The position numbers and the translations under genes were made by a program. A stretch of DNA of 63,641 nucleotides, the filler included, from Chiloscyllium plagiosum (lineage: Eukaryota), in assembly GCF_004010195.1 (NCBI RefSeq). It is 4 parts of one record of this genome, joined end to end, with 100 filler letters (N's around TTAATTAATTAA, not from the genome) between each part and the next. Parts side by side here need not be neighbours in the genome. Positions count along the whole stretch, not along the records: positions 58,712 to 63,641 come from NC_057710.1; 3 more parts are not named here. One strand, written 5' to 3'. This document shows positions 61,653-63,641 of this stretch, piece after piece (the stretch's first letter is position 1; the number at the start of each line of letters is the position of its first letter). Below the pieces are notes generated by a model. That model saw only the letters and a list, made by a program, of their open reading frames with translations. It had not been told where the DNA came from and did no database searches.

Positions 61653-63202
61653 AACTGGCAAATTGCTATTGCTAAGCGAGATACTTGTCACACCATTTGG
61701 CAAATGCATAAAAGATGCAGTGAGTTGCTCCCAAAATCAAGGTCAGCCTCACCTGAGTTTTTGCATGATTCTGACTCAAATCTTGCTCTAGTCCACGTTG
61801 TTCAGGTTCCTACATGATTCTGCCCCTATGTAAGCCTTACAGGTTTCAGGCAGGGGTCAGAAAGAAGAGCAGAATGTGGGAAATGGTTCTTGCAGTTTGA
61901 ATACCGCAGCATCTTAAAGGGCAGCTCAGCCCCGAAAATGGCCCTGAATGATAGAAAAGTCTAAGAATATCACTGAAGTGCTCTGAAATAAATTTAAACT
62001 CCCACAATCTTTAAGATGTTTCTGGTGTTCTATACTGTGCTGCCCTAAATAACACCTAAGATTTCTTCTAATTGCAGCACTGATTAAAAGTATGAAGCAT
62101 GCCATTTCACTACCATTACACTGTGATTAATGGCTTATTAAATTATAGCCAAGCATATACAAAGGGCTGGCGTCACGTCTATAAGTACTCTGTTAGGTCA
62201 TTAAATGTGTGAATATGTGCCTGCTGGATTTCCTCTGGTCTTTAATTACTGCTGCTAAAATGGCCTAAACATACAGAGAATCCCTGCTGTCACTGTCAGA
62301 GTTCACAATTGAAGAATGGCTACATAAATGAGTTACTTGAGGCCTAGCAGAACCTCTGAACTGTATCTCAGCAAGGATCAATGGGTTTAAGATTGAGAAT
62401 GGAGGAAATGCAACTTTTTAAAAAAATAAGTTTAACATCAGGATAATCTTGGGTTTTTAAAAAATATACATTAATTTTAATATTCAAACAGCTCTCAACT
62501 TTTCATTGCAAAAGGATTATAGATATTTGAAACGTTTCACAGAATCTTTTAATAAAGATTTGTCAAAAAATGCGGTGAAATAAAAAATGATTGGAGAAGT
62601 GTTGCACCCTCCCCCACCCTCTCCAGCTTATGACTTGACATACTTGAAACGATTGCATCTACTTTCATTCTCAAAGATAGTAAGAACAGAGGTCAGGGAA
62701 CACACTGATTGTACACCTTCTTAGTCTGCAAATGACTAATGATTCAAGGGAAATTAATGAAGAAAGATGAGATGAAAAAAAGTATATGAATGTCTGGCAC
62801 CAAGATTAAGCCCACACTGAAATTCCAAAGTTACTCCTTATATTCAACAAGGATGCAAGATTAGCATGAGAACCACGAGACTCTGCACCAAAACGCTTGG
62901 CTTAAAGGTGAGAAACCTCTGAATTAGCAACCTGGCATTAAACATTTCATTAAACTGTTTTAGTTTCTGTAATTACATTTGCGGATAACATTTATAGGGG
63001 AAATGATTAGCAGCCAATCTGTACAATGCTAGTAAATTGTGTTACTCTTATTAACCAGTGCTTGGCAGGCAATGTGCATTAAAGTGGAAATTCCTGCAAT
63101 TTGTTTCAAAAGGAAATCTAATTTTGAATATATAAAATAATCACTTAGTTTATTTTGACTGTCGATATGAAATGACCACATAAAGTTGCCTAAAAAAGCA
63201 GA

Positions 63203-63637
63203 ATGATGTGTTGCTTCCCTGGTGCCAGGATTAAGGATATGTCAGAGAGAATGCAGAATGTTCTCAAGGGGGAGAGGGGCCAGCAAGAGGTCATTGTATA
63301 CATTGGAACCAACAACATTGGAAGGGAAAAGATTGAGATTCTGAAGGGAGATTACAGTGAGTTAGGCAGGAATTTAAAAAGGAGGACCTTGAGAGTAATA
63401 ATATCTGGATTACTCCCGGTGCTACAAGCTAATGAGGGCAGGAATAGGAGGACAGAGCAGATGAATGCATGGGTGAGGAGCTGGTGTATGGGAGAAGGAT
63501 TTACATTTTTGGACCATTGGAATCTCTTTTGGGATAGAAGTGACCTGCACAAGAAGGACGGTTTGCACCTAAATTGGAAGGGGACTAATATACTGGCAGG
63601 GAGATTTGCTAGAGCTGCTTGGGAGGATTTAAACTAA
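63203..63637 (+). mobile_element. CR1 ORF1 SGNH-esterase domain fragment
   Basis: CCFPGARIKD...YIGTNN...SGLLPV...DGLHLNWKGT, homologous to 20640-21067. Confidence 0.85.
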
Positions 63638-63641
63638 TATG

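Overview
Eukaryotic, repeat-rich genomic DNA, almost certainly from a cartilaginous fish (shark), judged from HE1/V-SINE-type SINEs, abundant CR1/HER1 LINE fragments and vertebrate exons. It holds one internal (penultimate-type) exon of ZNF532 on + (19574-19721) and eight consecutive exons of LMAN1/ERGIC-53 on - (exons 2-9, 39791 down to 24396), all with GT-AG boundaries. The last ZNF532 exon and LMAN1 exons 1 and 10-13 were not found. Three 100-bp scaffold spacers (44 N + TTAATTAATTAA + 44 N) interrupt the window, and the first probably hides a large missing block. The rest is intronic or intergenic DNA with decayed CR1, L2/Crack-like, RTE and Harbinger remnants, SINEs and many Penelope-like element (PLE) ends. 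The most striking signal is that four sequence-distinct PLE-type repeat families (my labels A-D) carry a minimal type-I hammerhead ribozyme core (CUGANGA-N-stem II-GAAA-NNUH) with a different, base-paired stem II and a 4-nt palindrome in place of helix III. These include a tandem pair 153 nt apart (53841/53994) and a ~100-bp TSD-flanked insertion that is little more than the ribozyme. All family names are by recognition from memory; no searches were run.
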